11,853 nt of DNA from a virus. Taxonomy: Duplodnaviria > Heunggongvirae > Uroviricota > Caudoviricetes. The first letter of the stretch is position 1; each line of letters starts with the position of its first letter. Both the position numbers and the translations under genes were made by a program. The stretch spans positions 1 through 11,853 of IMG/VR virus record IMGVR_UViG_2636416131_000003; one strand, written 5' to 3'. Of this stretch, positions 11,207 through 11,853 are shown in pieces. The notes below the pieces were generated by a model. That model saw nothing but the letters and a program-made list of their open reading frames with translations, was not told the DNA's origin and ran no database searches.

Positions 11207-11631
11207 TTAACATTACTACTAAGGATGGCACTCAAGTCAGTGGTGAAGTAAGAGATCTAGTAATTCTTCTTGAAACTGATGGAAAAACGGTGTCTGATTA
11301 TTTGCAGCCAATCCCTCCCAAAAAAGATACACACTGGAGCATGATTTTCATTCCGGTAGCAATTTATATACTACTTAATCTTGTATACATTATTGCTCAC
11401 CCATTATTTCCTGAAAAATATCTAAAAACATCAACATCTATATTTCTATTCATTTCCTTCATATTAAGTGCAATAGTAGCATATTTTGTTTTCCATAAAC
11501 ATAAATCTGCCACTCTATCCATATGCAGCTTAGTGTTCTTAGTGTTAATTGTAGGTGCTAACGTAGGGTTTATCAGTTACAGCGACCTAACACAAAAAGC
11601 GACGCAAAAATTAGATAGTTTGTCTAAATAA
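11203..11631 (+). CDS. Hypothetical membrane protein (142 aa): soluble N-terminal region of about 55 aa plus three predicted transmembrane helices; translationally coupled to the upstream ORF
   Basis: The ATG at 11203 overlaps the stop of the upstream ORF (ATGA). The protein MINITTKDGTQVSGEVRDLVILLETDGKTVSDYLQPIPPKKDTHWSMIFIPVAIYILLNLVYIIAHPLF...TSTSIFLFISFILSAIVAYFVFHKHKSATLSICSLVFLVLIVGANVGFISYSD... has three hydrophobic stretches of about 20-23 aa. It shares the AT-rich composition of the upstream ORF. The ORF-track start at 11146 is an upstream extension in the same frame. Confidence 0.6.
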   Translation: MINITTKDGTQVSGEVRDLVILLETDGKTVSDYLQPIPPKKDTHWSMIFIPVAIYILLNLVYIIAHPLFPEKYLKTSTSIFLFISFILSAIVAYFVFHKHKSATLSICSLVFLVLIVGANVGFISYSDLTQKATQKLDSLSK

Positions 11632-11709
11632 TTATGTTGCCATGCGAAGTATGCATGGCTGCATGTCTGCCTTCCATTTAAAATGGGCTAAGACCTATAA
11701 CCCTAAATA

Positions 11710-11853
11710 TTATTCTTTATTATCTTCTTTACCACTTCGCGCCATCCCGTTCGACTTGTTGCGGTTGTACTTCGCCTGAAGCTGCTGGATTGGCGTCGGG
11801 CCATGCTCGGCAGCCGGTGCTGCAATCGCCCGGCGCACAGGCGGTACTGGTTT
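11710..11853 (-). CDS. 3' end of an unidentified minus-strand gene entering from beyond the window (possibly an early-region or replication gene); frame uncertain
   Basis: GC-rich sequence at the window end is open in all three minus-strand frames for about 130 nt. One frame ends ...QLQAKYNRNKSNGMARSGKEDNKE with a stop at 11712-11710. Composition resembles the phage backbone, not the AT-rich island. I cannot assign a family. Confidence 0.3.
   Translation of the reverse strand, partial: KPVPPVRRAIAAPAAEHGPTPIQQLQAKYNRNKSNGMARSGKEDNKE

Noticed and set aside
11632-11716. Possible terminator after the two-gene cassette (GCCATGC-GAAGTAT-GCATGGC hairpin at about 11639-11659)
   Set aside because: The stem is present but is not followed by a T-run, so an intrinsic terminator cannot be supported from sequence alone. 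It is left unannotated.

Overview
This window is a segment of a defective lambdoid prophage, most likely from E. coli or a close relative, with a mosaic of lambda-type and DLP12/phage-21-type modules. All identifications are by reading the sequence and recalling protein families; no database search was run. In + coordinates: a partial IS3-family element (1-376) truncates the portal gene B. Then, all on the minus strand, come W, terminase large subunit A (with an apparent 1-nt frameshift near its 3' end), Nu1 and a lambda-type cos site (cosN at 4556-4567). Next are a small ribbon-helix-helix-like ORF, bor (+), and the lysis cassette Rz/Rz1, a SAR-type endolysin and a phage-21-type pinholin (minus). 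An intact NmpC/Lc-type porin gene (+) lies antisense between Q and the lysis genes, with its own AT-rich upstream region and terminator. Further on are Q, ylcG, rusA, a ybcO-like gene (apparently frameshifted), ninE and a NinB-like ybcN (all minus). The most interesting feature is a roughly 1 kb AT-rich island (about 10.7-11.7 kb) carrying a two-gene operon on the opposite strand: a 125-aa lysine-rich soluble protein translationally coupled to a 142-aa protein with three predicted transmembrane helices. I do not recognise either protein. I propose this as a candidate prophage-encoded exclusion or abortive-infection module, which is a hypothesis only.
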